DNA of 63,027 nt, counting the filler, from Globobulimina sp. (taxonomy: Eukaryota), in NCBI GenBank assembly GCA_003354225.1. It is 46 parts of 46 records of this genome, joined end to end, with 100 filler letters (N's around TTAATTAATTAA, not from the genome) between each part and the next. Parts side by side here need not be neighbours in the genome. Positions count along the whole stretch, not along the records: positions 1 to 1,273 come from PIVH01019659.1; positions 1,374 to 2,646 come from PIVH01019660.1; positions 2,747 to 4,019 come from PIVH01019661.1; positions 4,120 to 5,392 come from PIVH01019662.1; positions 5,493 to 6,765 come from PIVH01019663.1; positions 6,866 to 8,138 come from PIVH01019664.1; positions 8,239 to 9,511 come from PIVH01019665.1; positions 9,612 to 10,884 come from PIVH01019666.1; 38 more parts are not named here. The stretch is one strand, 5' to 3'. Under the pieces are notes generated by a model, which ran no database searches, was not told the DNA's origin, and saw only the letters and a program-made list of their open reading frames with translations. The translations under genes and the position numbers were made by a program. This document shows, piece after piece, positions 1 to 11,137 of this stretch (positions are counted from its first letter, which is position 1; each line of letters begins with the position of its first letter).

Positions 1-179
1 ATTCAATTATAAATTTGTTCTGACTTTGTTCTCGATTTGCAAACCCAAGACAAACATATAGCAAACCCGTTTCTGGATTTGCAAAGCGTTTGTCAGATAA
101 TTGAATTAAATGTATACAACTTATCGACGAGGGGGGGGTTATATATCGTTCAAGTAAAAGAAAAAGGTCAGAGGTATCA

Positions 180-1091
180 TATCAGATTGTTTCAGCAATA
201 ACGGTGTCCATTTCAGTTGCTTCTATTTTCAGTTAATTATATATTGCTGTATCTTGGAGGAAACTTAGAGAAACAAAGAGAAATGATTTACTGCATGATT
301 ATGTTATGTATATGTCAATATCTGATATGTTATTAGTATTAATCAGAGGAATTAGTTTGACAAATCCTGCATTTGACTGGACTTTCATGTCAAAAACACC
401 AATATCTGTCTGCCAGATTTTGGGTGCTTGTCTTCAATTATTTGCAATTTGCAGTGCAACGTTCAATTTCGTGATAGCATCATGTATATTATTACCACTA
501 TTGCGCGGAGCTAATGTCGTCCAATTACTTATCTTAAAAGAAAATCAAAAAATTGATTGCAGCATTGTAGCATTTATCACGTTTGTTGTTGTTTTAATTC
601 CTGCCGTAGGCAATGCATTTGGTTTCACAGATAACAGCGCGACACATTATGGATTAGCCAGATATGAATGTTGGATTGAAAAAAAAGCGTATTTCGTAAC
701 CGTGATTGCTCCAATTACATTTTATGCGGCATTTTCAATTATTTTATTGGTGTATAGCGCTTTGAAAAATCATGAATGTCCACCAAAACTGCGATCCCGA
801 TTGAGGTGGTATACGATGGCATTTGTGTGTGTTTGGTTACCTACGATTATTGATAGATTTTACAATCATATATTCAATTCATCTTCGCATATTTTAACTT
901 ATATTCAAATGATTTCATTACATTCCATTGGATGCGCAAATGGAGCTATTTGGTATCATTATATGAAACCAGATTTGGGTTCTTATAACAGTGAGGAAAG
1001 TGGTACACACTTTGTTGACAGCACAAGGAGTCAATCTAATAAACCTTACGACTCAGGGCCTTTTAAACAAATTATTGTGGTACAAAATTGA
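180..1091 (+). CDS. 7TM GPCR-like protein (cAMP-receptor/Git3-like); in-frame TAA at 234-236 inside predicted TM1
   Basis: ORF 306-1091 has six hydrophobic helices, a 'YECWI' loop and 'FVCVWLP'. The upstream frame reads YQIVSAITVSISVASIFS*LYIAVSW, which would supply TM1. Confidence 0.7.
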
Positions 1092-1273
1092 ATGGAACGT
1101 AGTCATAAAAGCAATACAGTCAAATTCGTAGAAACTTGTATAAAATACTATAAATTCATTAGGGTTTTTGCTTTTAGTTCATTTCTTCAATCAACATTTA
1201 AATTTTCTATTTTTACTAACATTTGAGTGCTTCACTTTGTAACTAAGTATGCTGACCATGGGCAATAACTCTT

Positions 1274-1373
1274 NNNNNNNNNNNNNNNNNNNNNNNNNNN
1301 NNNNNNNNNNNNNNNNNTTAATTAATTAANNNNNNNNNNNNNNNNNNNNNNNNNNNNNNNNNNNNNNNNNNNN
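1274..1373. other. Artificial contig linker (N44-TTAATTAATTAA-N44); first of 45, recurring every 1372-1373 bp
   Basis: Identical 100-bp spacer with stops in all six frames; the contigs between linkers are length-sorted (1273 bp, then 1272 bp). Confidence 0.99.
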
Positions 1374-1456
1374 TGGAAGCACTTGCAGAGTTGCATTATA
1401 TTTAATAAAAGCTGTTTTTTAGGAAATGCGTTTTCTAAACTAAGTACTTACTTAAA

Positions 1457-2623
1457 ATGGGCAATAAATCTCAGATTCTAAAACCTGAGATTCTGAAACC
1501 TCAGATTGTGCCAGCAACAAACAAGTCGATTATTATTATCACAACCCATCCATTAATATATTTTAAACCTGAAGAACAGTTTAGTGAATGTCGTGGTATT
1601 TTTAAACTTCAATTGAGAGATGTTTTAAATGCAATCAATGAGAATAAATTTGAACTTTATTACAAAATAAAGGAGGACGATGATTGGAAAAATAGCATGA
1701 TAGATATTGATGGATCGGATATTCATACATCATTGAGACTAATTTTTATTAAGCTTCCTTTATATATCCATTCATATTCAGTCAAACTGAGAATAAAATG
1801 CCAGCATAAACCAACAAAAACATACTCCCAATATTCAAATATAATTAAAATATCAGTTCCATCAATATTTACAATTAAATTACACGTAGGTTTTGAAAGG
1901 AATAATGAGTTGCGACCAATATATGATTTATCATCATATGAGCTTAAAATCAATGAGTATCAAAATTTATTACTACCAAGAACACCCAATAAAGATTATA
2001 ATGAAGAAATATTAAATATGTTTACTACAATCAGTGAATTAATTGAATTGGATTCAATCAAAAATTTAAAATTAAATAAAATTGATTCATATTATTATTC
2101 AAAAACTATTGCCAAATATATCATTGATTTTTTATACAAATCAAAAACAAATTATAATCCACCGAAAATCTATGCATTTTATGGTAATCTATATTATTTT
2201 GATGAAAAATGTTACGGAGTTATTCGGATTTTACCGTCTAGAAAATTTAGAGAGAACTGTAAATGGAGATATATCAACCGCATCGGCTCTGGATTCACGC
2301 GCTTGCATTGTGCGTGCACTTTATGTGGAAGCACATTGAATTCATATAATTGGTTTTGCCAAACGGATCATACACACTGTGAATCAAAACAATGCATCAT
2401 TAATTATTCTAAGCCTAGATTTTCGTGTTTAAGTTGTGTTAATCAATTCCTTCAAAAATATATGCTATTATATGGATATTTAAATGATATTTTACAAAAG
2501 AGATATTCGATGGACCCTAATTCTGTTCAAGTTATTGTAACATATGCTGTCGGCAATATTATTTTGCAGGAAAAGGGTGTTTGGTCTCATGTAAATGATA
2601 TATTTTTCGACTTTTTCTTTTGA
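1457..2623 (+). CDS. Hypothetical protein with FN3-like N-terminus and C-terminal Cys/His cluster
   Basis: 388-aa ORF; CTLC..WFC..H..C..CLSC motif near the C-terminus. Confidence 0.6.
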   Translation: MGNKSQILKPEILKPQIVPATNKSIIIITTHPLIYFKPEEQFSECRGIFKLQLRDVLNAINENKFELYYKIKEDDDWKNSMIDIDGSDIHTSLRLIFIKLPLYIHSYSVKLRIKCQHKPTKTYSQYSNIIKISVPSIFTIKLHVGFERNNELRPIYDLSSYELKINEYQNLLLPRTPNKDYNEEILNMFTTISELIELDSIKNLKLNKIDSYYYSKTIAKYIIDFLYKSKTNYNPPKIYAFYGNLYYFDEKCYGVIRILPSRKFRENCKWRYINRIGSGFTRLHCACTLCGSTLNSYNWFCQTDHTHCESKQCIINYSKPRFSCLSCVNQFLQKYMLLYGYLNDILQKRYSMDPNSVQVIVTYAVGNIILQEKGVWSHVNDIFFDFFF

Positions 2624-3040
2624 TATTACAAGGGCGCCTGTAATACNNNNNNNNNNNNNNNNNNNNNNNNNNNNNNNNNNNNNNNNNNNNTTAATTAATT
2701 AANNNNNNNNNNNNNNNNNNNNNNNNNNNNNNNNNNNNNNNNNNNNCCTTTCCATGAACATCATACACATAAAATTAGCCAAATCATTGTTGATATTGTC
2801 CAACGTGTGCAACGGCAGCATAATCCCATCAAATTCAATGCAACCAAAATTGGACGCAAATCTTTTATTGGAAAGGATCTCTATCATAACAACAACAATT
2901 TTAACTATTATGATGGTAATATTTTAGATTATGATCAACAAAATATTACAACAAATGGCCTCTATGTATCTATCAGTATCACCAATAATCGATGCAAATA
3001 TATGTCAAATAACAACAGTTTGTGTTCCATTTATGTCGAA

Positions 3041-4019
3041 ATGAGAGATAAAAACATTTTCAGTGAAGAGAGTTTCCTCCATTTATTGGACTATACCCAC
3101 TTTGAAAACGAATTTATGCATAAACCAGAATGTAAAGACGGTGAAGAGTGTGAGTCATATAATCGTTTATTAGACGGCGGGAATGAATTAAAAGATCGGT
3201 GTCATGTTAAAATATACAGACATCATTATTTTGCGCCGTTACATACTACGAATTCATCAGAGGGGGTTATACAGAAAGACATCTTGAAAAACGCAGAGAT
3301 TTTATCTCAAATAAATGGCAAATTGCAAGCGATTGATATCAAAAAATGGAGAAATGGCAGAGATTACGCAGTGTTGCAAATTATGACATTGGCGCAGTCG
3401 TTGGAGAAAAGCATCAGAGATGTCGCCATTGCTAAGAGTTCGGGAGGCGGTGCTTCCATTATTGGCGGTGGCTTATGCCTAAGCGGTGCTATTTTGGTCC
3501 CCTTTTCAGCGGGAACATCATTGGGGTTATCAGTGGCTGGTGTATCTGTCATGGTGGCTGGTGGTGTGACGACGTTAGGCAGTGGTTTGGCAAAGTTTTT
3601 TATAGAAAATGACAAAGTGAAGAGATGCGTTAAAGCATATGAGAGCATACAAGCCGATGGAAGGCGGATAGCGTTTCTATTGGATGATTATCAAACTACT
3701 TTCAGTGCCACACAACAGAATATATCGGTGTGGTCGGCGCTTTGTTTGGGAGCGGGTTCTATTTCTCAATGTAATGGAGTACGAAGTTTGGTTGGAATGG
3801 GAAAGGCAATGCGAGCATTTAAGGTGCTTCTAAGCCGATTAGCAGCAAGTGTTGCTACGGAAGGAGCAGAAGATGCTGTATTAGTTGCGAGAAGTGCTGT
3901 GTTTGGAGGAGGTAGTTTTGTGGGGAAAGCAATGGGTTGGATTGGTGGTCCGTTGGGTGTAGCATCTGGAATCTATGATATTTTTGATGGTGTTAAAACG
4001 TTTAAAGACGCTGAGAATG
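3041..4019 (+). CDS. Apolipoprotein-L-like protein (3' partial), preceded by an unrelated Cys/His segment; probably mosaic
   Basis: IAKSSGGGASIIGGGLCLSGAILVPFSAGTSLGLSVAG resembles the ApoL Gly-rich hydrophobic hairpin. Confidence 0.55.
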
Positions 4020-4196
4020 NNNNNNNNNNNNNNNNNNNNNNNNNNNNNNNNNNNNNNNNNNNNTTAATTAATTAANNNNNNNNNNNNNNNNNNNNNNNNN
4101 NNNNNNNNNNNNNNNNNNNCAGTCTTTTTTAAAAAAAGTCACACTGTGCGAATGGACGCAAAACATGGTGTCCCTGTTTTAGTTTTGATATGACTG

Positions 4197-4949
4197 TTGA
4201 TGCATAATCCATCATTCATCACTTTCAGTGGATTGCTACCCGCAATATTTGGTACTCTCACAATTGTATCTTGCTATCATTTGAGTGTTAACATATATCA
4301 TCATTTCCCGCCATGGTTATGGATGCCCGTGATTTCGTTGTTAGGCTGCTTAGAACCGGAACACTCAATGTATCAAATCGGATTCACTCTCACTGCACTC
4401 TCAACATTTTTGTTTTATTTTACATTTCAAAATGGATTATTGAAAGTTTTGCCATACAATGGATCTAAAATATCAATCGATGCATTAAAATATACCATTT
4501 TATTATGTGCAATCGGTGTATTTGGACAAGGTGTAATTACATTAAATGAGGATCTGGTAAATATATTGCTGAATGAGAATGAAATCGAAAATTATAACCC
4601 ATCAAAAAAAGACATATTGCATCAATTCTGTGCATTGTTATTCTTTTTTTCAGGATTAATTCATGGAATGGTGAGTGTCTCCATCTATTTTAAATTAAAT
4701 GATGCGGAGATCTTCAAACTATTAAAGTTTTCAAGATGGTTTAAATTATTTCTATTATTTCTAAGTTTATTGCCAATCACAGCCTCGATTGTAAACCATC
4801 CCACCAATTTCAATAACAGCGGGAAAACCCATGCTATGCTAAATAAAGCCGGTGGGGCGCAGTGGAGTGTTGTTTTTACATATTTGGCATTCTTCTCCTC
4901 ATATTCATTGGATTATTATTTGATATTAAAACAAAGGAGAAAAACCTAA
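4197..4949 (+). CDS. Frag1/DRAM/Sfk1 (TMEM150-like) 6TM membrane protein
   Basis: MPVISLLGCLEPE matches the family motif PxIS..G..xPE; LHQFCALLFF; six TM segments. Confidence 0.7.
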   Translation: MMHNPSFITFSGLLPAIFGTLTIVSCYHLSVNIYHHFPPWLWMPVISLLGCLEPEHSMYQIGFTLTALSTFLFYFTFQNGLLKVLPYNGSKISIDALKYTILLCAIGVFGQGVITLNEDLVNILLNENEIENYNPSKKDILHQFCALLFFFSGLIHGMVSVSIYFKLNDAEIFKLLKFSRWFKLFLLFLSLLPITASIVNHPTNFNNSGKTHAMLNKAGGAQWSVVFTYLAFFSSYSLDYYLILKQRRKT

Positions 4950-5039
4950 GTAAGTTTTCAAACCACTTGAGAGTGTGCAAGGATTAGCAATATAATATTT
5001 TTGAAATTAAATGACAAAGTAATATTTAATTTTTACAAG

Positions 5040-5391
5040 TTATAACTTTGAGGGTCCGATCATATTTTCCACCGCCAGCAGGTTCTGTTTGAAATCCGGC
5101 AAACTGAGGTGGATGCTGGCTTCATCGTGAATCAAGTGGTTGCCCAATTCGTGCCCAGCATTCTTCATTCTATCGATGAGCATTTCATGGCCGACGGCAT
5201 GATCCCCGATTACAAAAAAAGTGGCCCTAATATTGTGTTCAGCAAGGATGGTCAGGATTGCCGGAGTGAGGCTGTGACTGGGAGAGTCATCGATAGTCAG
5301 GGCCAGGATTTTCTGTTCCGTTTCAACATAGAACAGGGCATCCGGATATTGGTTTGCCAGTTGCCTAACTAAAAGGCGAGGTTTGAAAAAA
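5040..5391 (-). CDS. Polysaccharide/chitin deacetylase (NodB, CE4) fragment, truncated; absent from the ORF track
   Basis: Manual translation gives ILALTIDDSP..ATFFVIG..GHELGNH, then a stop before the expected RxPY motif. Visibly more GC-rich than the adjacent gene. Confidence 0.85.
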
Positions 5392-5492
5392 ANNNNNNNN
5401 NNNNNNNNNNNNNNNNNNNNNNNNNNNNNNNNNNNNTTAATTAATTAANNNNNNNNNNNNNNNNNNNNNNNNNNNNNNNNNNNNNNNNNNNN

Positions 5493-6749
5493 TGCTCTTG
5501 CGTTATCCCATATGAATTTGACCACTTTTCTTGCTTCGTCTGATGTAATTTCGTTCAAATCTTTTTCAGAGTTGATGACAAGAGTTGATATTGCATCTTG
5601 TTCCACCGAGAAATTTTCTTGTTGTCGTGTACCTCCTCCAACCAGATGTTGTACATACATGTCCTGTCTGACTGGTTCATCTTCAATGATTGCATGGATA
5701 CCCACGGGACGTCTGGCTACCTGGCCTTGTGCAGGCTCTGGATTTGCTTGAGCCGTATTTACGATACGTCTTGCCATACGACTCCAGATTGGTCGGTCCA
5801 TTCCAGCCAAATAGCTTTGTACTATCTGTAGATCTTCTCTGTTCACTTTGCGTTGGAATTCACGGCACATTCGTTCATTTCTATTGAACATAAATTCTTC
5901 TGGTGGATGAGCTCTGTCAAAATAAACACGAAAAGTATTGAGAAATTCAAAAAGTGACATACTACCCTGTTGTAATCTATCGTAAGCGTCAGCCAAAGCG
6001 CCTCGATCGCAGGTTGCATTACCGTATCTTTCACGCAGTTCCAGTAAAACCATATAAGGTCGAAATTTATCGCCTTGTTGAGCATGTATTTGTCTGTACA
6101 AATTACTGGGCGCACCTCCCAAAAAATAAAATACATATTCTTCGAAATAAGCACGGTCGCCCTGCAAAGCACAAACAATGCGAGCTTCTTCGATCCACGA
6201 TTCTAAATTTTGACTTTGTAAACCTTGGAACACCAGTTCAGGTTTGACGCATGTAGCATTAAACTTGGTATTTTTCTTTGCCACAATTGGACGATCGGCT
6301 TGGGCCCCCTCTGGGTATGGTGTTTGTTTGCGGGGTACTTTCGCGTTAAAATCAGAATGATCACCTCGGCTATTATTTCCGATTTGTGATCGATCGCATG
6401 GATCGGGTCGATTTCGGGACCGATCACGGCTTTCATCGTGACCCCCACGAAGTGTGATATTTCTACTCGAATCGTTACCTTGATGATATGAATTATATTT
6501 AACCATTTCAGCTGTATTGTTACCTTTCGCCTTCTTTGGTGATTCATGTGCACTGCGCGAATGACACTTACTTGGTTGCGCACGATAATGTCGATTTGAT
6601 GCTTTTGATCGATTTCCCTGTGTATCATCACACGATTGCCTTGCAGTAGCAGGCAGTAGTTTTTTATAGACCCCCAAATCGATAGACTTTTGATGACTAC
6701 ACTGGCCGTCACTTTTTACTGTACGATGTGACGTATATAATTTATTCAA
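5493..6749 (-). mobile_element. Ty3/gypsy-type LTR retrotransposon Gag-like ORF (partial)
   Basis: FQG..LESWIEE..LGGAP..LRERYG..LQQGSMSLFEFLNTF follows the retrotransposon capsid/major-homology-region pattern. Confidence 0.7.
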
Positions 6750-6867
6750 AGGGGGGATGTTCTGANNNNNNNNNNNNNNNNNNNNNNNNNNNNNNNNNNN
6801 NNNNNNNNNTTAATTAATTAANNNNNNNNNNNNNNNNNNNNNNNNNNNNNNNNNNNNNNNNNNNNCG

Positions 6868-7788
6868 ATTAGCGGAGATACAACGTCTGATGCACAGTTT
6901 GCAAACTATTTGTTTACAGTGGCTGAAGCTGGCAATAATGGACTGTCTGTTACATTTTTTTCGTGTGGTTCTGACTATGATACTACTTTATGGCTATTTG
7001 ATAATGATAGTAATTATTTAGCTACTAATGATGGCAGTGATTTATGTGGTGTTGCTTCGATATTAACTATGGATATATTGTATAATAGTGACTATCAACT
7101 AAGTATTGGAGGCTATGAGGGAGCATTTGGTCATTTTTTATTGAATGCAACGTGTGATAATGTTACCAGTACTGCTCAACCTGTATATTGTGGTGATTCC
7201 GTTGGCGGAAATACAACATCGGCTGAGAAAATTGCAAATTATTCATTTATAATTGATGAGGTTGGAAATAATGGATTATATGTAACATTTTCGTTATGTG
7301 GTTCTGACTATGACACTTATTTACGGCTATTTGATAATGATAGTAATCAGTTGTATGCTAACGATGATAGTAATGCATGTGGAACTGCTTCGGTATTAAC
7401 TACGGATATATTATATAATGGGGATTATAAATTAAGTATTAGTGGATATAACGGTGCATTTGGCAATTTCGTAATGAATATTGTATGTCATAATGATTCA
7501 ATTACAACCACAATGGATGCATCTACAACAGGACTGCCAACGACAGGAACTCCAACGACTGCAACACCAACGACAGGAATGCCAACGACTACAACATCAA
7601 CGGATACATTTAGCAGTACAATGAGTTCATCTGCAAATCCAACGGATGTTGTTGTTACAAGTATTGATACGACCTTGGGGTCAGAAGGAAATGTAGGCAC
7701 CGCAGCCACTGCTGTTCAGATAATTAATCGGCATCATCATAATATTATTTTTATAGTGATGATTATGTGGGCGATTAATGTCAGTTAA
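6868..7788 (+). CDS. Cell-surface protein with two tandem PPC-like repeats, Thr-rich stalk and hydrophobic C-terminus (possible GPI signal); 5' partial
   Basis: Duplicated CGSDYDT.L.LFDNDSN..A.ND.S..CG motif; TTGxP repeats. Confidence 0.7.
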   Translation: MSGDTTSDAQFANYLFTVAEAGNNGLSVTFFSCGSDYDTTLWLFDNDSNYLATNDGSDLCGVASILTMDILYNSDYQLSIGGYEGAFGHFLLNATCDNVTSTAQPVYCGDSVGGNTTSAEKIANYSFIIDEVGNNGLYVTFSLCGSDYDTYLRLFDNDSNQLYANDDSNACGTASVLTTDILYNGDYKLSISGYNGAFGNFVMNIVCHNDSITTTMDASTTGLPTTGTPTTATPTTGMPTTTTSTDTFSSTMSSSANPTDVVVTSIDTTLGSEGNVGTAATAVQIINRHHHNIIFIVMIMWAINVS

Positions 7789-8238
7789 CATACAAAGTAT
7801 TAAAACACATAAAAAAGCTTAATTGCTATTAGTATTATAGTATTATTAATTATTAAGTGTGCTTTTGTTTTTTTGTTCATTATAGATTTCATTGTTTGCA
7901 CTCTTCCATCTCGACACATGCACTGTTTTACGGTACGGATTTTCAAATGAAGTACAGATTTAAAAACGAAGCTAGTAATGTTTTTAAATGCAAAATCTTT
8001 TCGCTTGTAATTCATTTCATCGTTGCGCTTGATTTTGTTTCGAGCATTTTCTACAAATTGCAATTAATTCAGAATGTCAGTATTGGGTAAAAAGCGAAAG
8101 TTGGCGATAACAGAAGATGAAGATGAAGATGCAGAACANNNNNNNNNNNNNNNNNNNNNNNNNNNNNNNNNNNNNNNNNNNNTTAATTAATTAANNNNNN
8201 NNNNNNNNNNNNNNNNNNNNNNNNNNNNNNNNNNNNNN

Positions 8239-8372
8239 CCACCGGCGCTCTTTCCGAAATTCTCAATAATATACTTTGCGATGGCTGCTCTTGAGGCGCC
8301 TTTGTTGCCTGATTTGGTGCCACCGATTGCTTTACAAATCATAAAAATAAATTTTGGTTTTGGGGCTGACAT
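8239..8372 (-). CDS. H1: Linker histone H1, winged-helix (H15) domain, 5' part
   Basis: PKFIFMICKAI..KGASRAAIAKYIIENF matches the H15 helices; lies downstream of an H4 gene; CCAAT- and TATA-like motifs upstream. Confidence 0.8.
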
Positions 8373-9422
8373 AATTAATTAAATTAAAAATTGAGATTGA
8401 GATTGAGATTGAGATTAATTGTTAATTGATTTAATTTTTGATTGGTTTTATTGTTTTTTGTGTTGTGATGCTTTATTTTTTATAATTTCGGACTTTTTAA
8501 CCCAAATCTATTGGCAGCACCATGTTTTATTACAAAAAATGAATGTCATTCTCTCTGTTCCTCATTGCAAACAATAAAAAATAATTTAATGCGTAAATAT
8601 GAAAAATCAATTAAAAAATTCGCTTGCCAGAATCATATATCTCAATCATCATAAAATCACCATTTATCTATCCATGCTTTATAATATTATCTATCCTTTA
8701 TCTCATCTATAATCCTTTGTAACTGCTCCTTTATATCGATATCGATATCGATATCGATATCATATCATTGATTGACTCAATAAGTCACAGCTTTTGCTTT
8801 GATTGGAAATGGTCTCTGTGGAAGCTAAGATGTGCATAGTTGGATAATACGATGGGATGCGATCGATATCAACAATAATCTCAATGTGTCGCTTTTTAAT
8901 TTCTTTGCAAATGTCAGAATATAATTAAATATTATATTTCCATCGTTAATAAATTATATATTACGTCTCTCTGTCTCACTCCAGACCGGCAGATCAGATC
9001 AGATCAGATCAGATGCATGGCTTTGTATCATGACAATACAATATAAGATTTACAATCTTCTCAAACACTTGACACCAAAAAACGACATTTAAGATGCTTA
9101 ATTCTAGCTAGCGAGCTAGCTCTGCTCTGAAAACATTCATGTTTGACTCAAAGGATGTTTATCATTCCGAAACTGAACCTGTCAATTAATTGCAAAATCC
9201 AAATATATGCTCCAAGCAGTTCAATGGAATCAATGGTTGATATATAATATCACATAGTTATTTTAATTAAATTAATTACAATCTGTTCCGCTAAATTCCA
9301 AATGATCTGAATATTATATATTATATATTAACACGTATACATTTTTCATTCAAAGTGATAGCTAACCAAAAAAGAACGTACGCAGTATTTATATGTTTAA
9401 TTTCTAATTGTTTGCAATTGGT

Positions 9423-9438
9423 GGTGTTGAAAAACACC
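9423..9438 (-). promoter_or_regulatory. Histone mRNA 3' stem-loop (GGUGUU-UUUC-AACACC)
   Basis: 6-bp stem with 4-nt UUUC loop, followed by ACCAA, 45 nt after the H4 stop. Confidence 0.9.
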
Positions 9439-9483
9439 TGGTAAAAAATAAAAGATTAATGTATGAAATATATAAATGTAGTT

Positions 9484-9511
9484 TTAGTTGAATCCATAGA
9501 TGGTTCTTCCT
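9484..9511 (-). CDS. H4: Histone H4, C-terminal fragment (GRTIYGFN*)
   Basis: Same peptide and near-identical 3'UTR as the full H4 at 31755-32063. Confidence 0.9.
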
Positions 9512-9611
9512 NNNNNNNNNNNNNNNNNNNNNNNNNNNNNNNNNNNNNNNNNNNNTTAATTAATTAANNNNNNNNNNNNNNNNNNNNNNNNNNNNNNNNN
9601 NNNNNNNNNNN

Positions 9612-9707
9612 TTGGGATGTATTTTTGGTTTAATATAATAATGAAACGGTTTGCTTTCAACAATTTTATTTGTGACTGTATCAATTATCATCGCTGGCCA
9701 TTCAATA
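9612..9707 (-). CDS. ERI1/ERI3-family DEDDh exoribonuclease fragment
   Basis: IEWPAMIIDTVTNKIVESKPFHYYIKPKIHP resembles the ERI pattern IEFPAV..D....I...FH.YV.P..HP. Confidence 0.6.
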
Positions 9708-10198
9708 GCTATGATTTGAGAGGTTTCAAACATGGTTAACAAAGCCATTATTACTACTGTTTTCTGACGATAAAACTCGAGTAGACTCAGTTGATCATCC
9801 TTTCGTTTGAAGAATTGAATATGCAACAAATATGGACGGTTTATGCAGTCGTTGTAACTGGTATTTGAATCCATACATTAACTCCGAACGTTTCCTTACA
9901 CATTCAAACGTCTATACTCTATACAGCTCTCTTTCTTCAGTCAAAAGGGAAAGAATACAGCACTTGCACACACGCAATATATTCAGAGGGAACAGACCAA
10001 GCATTCTGTGATTTTTGGTACATCACACAATCCAACAATACTAATGATCTCAAACTCTGTGATTGCAAAGAAAACAATGGTAAATATTGCACGTCATGGA
10101 TTTGTGCTCGTGTATCAGACTATCCTTTCTTTAATACAACCCAAAGCAACCTACTTTTAAGTAAATTATTATTACCAAATAACATTGACATTGTTGGT

Positions 10199-10884
10199 GT
10201 GGTACAATGTGGATATTTCTCAGATCAGAATAATCATGAAATCCCTCGATATTGCTATAAATATGATGACTTTGAGTCATGTTTCTGCCTTCCACATGAT
10301 GATCATGACAGGTATTGTCAACAATGGATGTGTGAACAATATATACACGACGAACAAAGTGATTTGTCATTAGATAAGGATCGGTTAAATACCTCTGTCG
10401 CAGATGGGACTTTGGCGAACCAAATTAGTGACACAGAATATGAATGCATTGAGGTGGATTTTGATTCAGAAACATGCGTGGAATGGAAAGGAACGTCGGT
10501 GAAATATGACAATGGGTTCGGTTCTGTAGTGTGCAACGTTGAAGAATGGAACAGTAATAATTCTGATATATTTATAGAGGTTACAAATGGTGACAGTAAT
10601 ATTAATATGACAATGGGTGATCATGATTTGGTGGACACAGTGGCTGTGAAATGGGAATGTGAGGAATCTGTGATGAGTGTGAATGGTTTCTGTTTGTTGT
10701 GTGGGAATGAAACGAAAACGGAAATTATTTGTGATTCTATATCGGATGTTTGTGGTGATTGGGCTGTGGATAGTGATACCAAAAATTTGATGATGGTTAT
10801 TGTGGCAGTGGCTAGTGTATGTGGGTGTGTGGTGTGTGTTTTATGCGTTGTTTGTTTGGTGTTTTTGAGGAGAAAATGTGTTCG
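10199..10884 (+). CDS. Cys-rich type I membrane protein (partial)
   Basis: Repeated C.C...C..W.C units, then a TM helix and RRK. Confidence 0.6.
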
Positions 10885-11137
10885 NNNNNNNNNNNNNNNN
10901 NNNNNNNNNNNNNNNNNNNNNNNNNNNNTTAATTAATTAANNNNNNNNNNNNNNNNNNNNNNNNNNNNNNNNNNNNNNNNNNNNTTCACTAAAACACCGT
11001 CTAAATTCTATCAAATATTCACAAATAAAAACGTTATCAAAAATAACAAAAAACTGCGGTTATTACAATATAAAATCAGTAATAAAATAAGTAATAATGC
11101 ATTATATCAGTCGTATTTAAACAAATTATCACAAATA

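Noticed and set aside
5109-5372. 87-aa plus-strand ORF
   Set aside because: Shadow of the minus-strand deacetylase frame.
9484-9707. Functional clustering of H4 with the ERI exonuclease fragment
   Set aside because: They are on different contigs separated by a linker.
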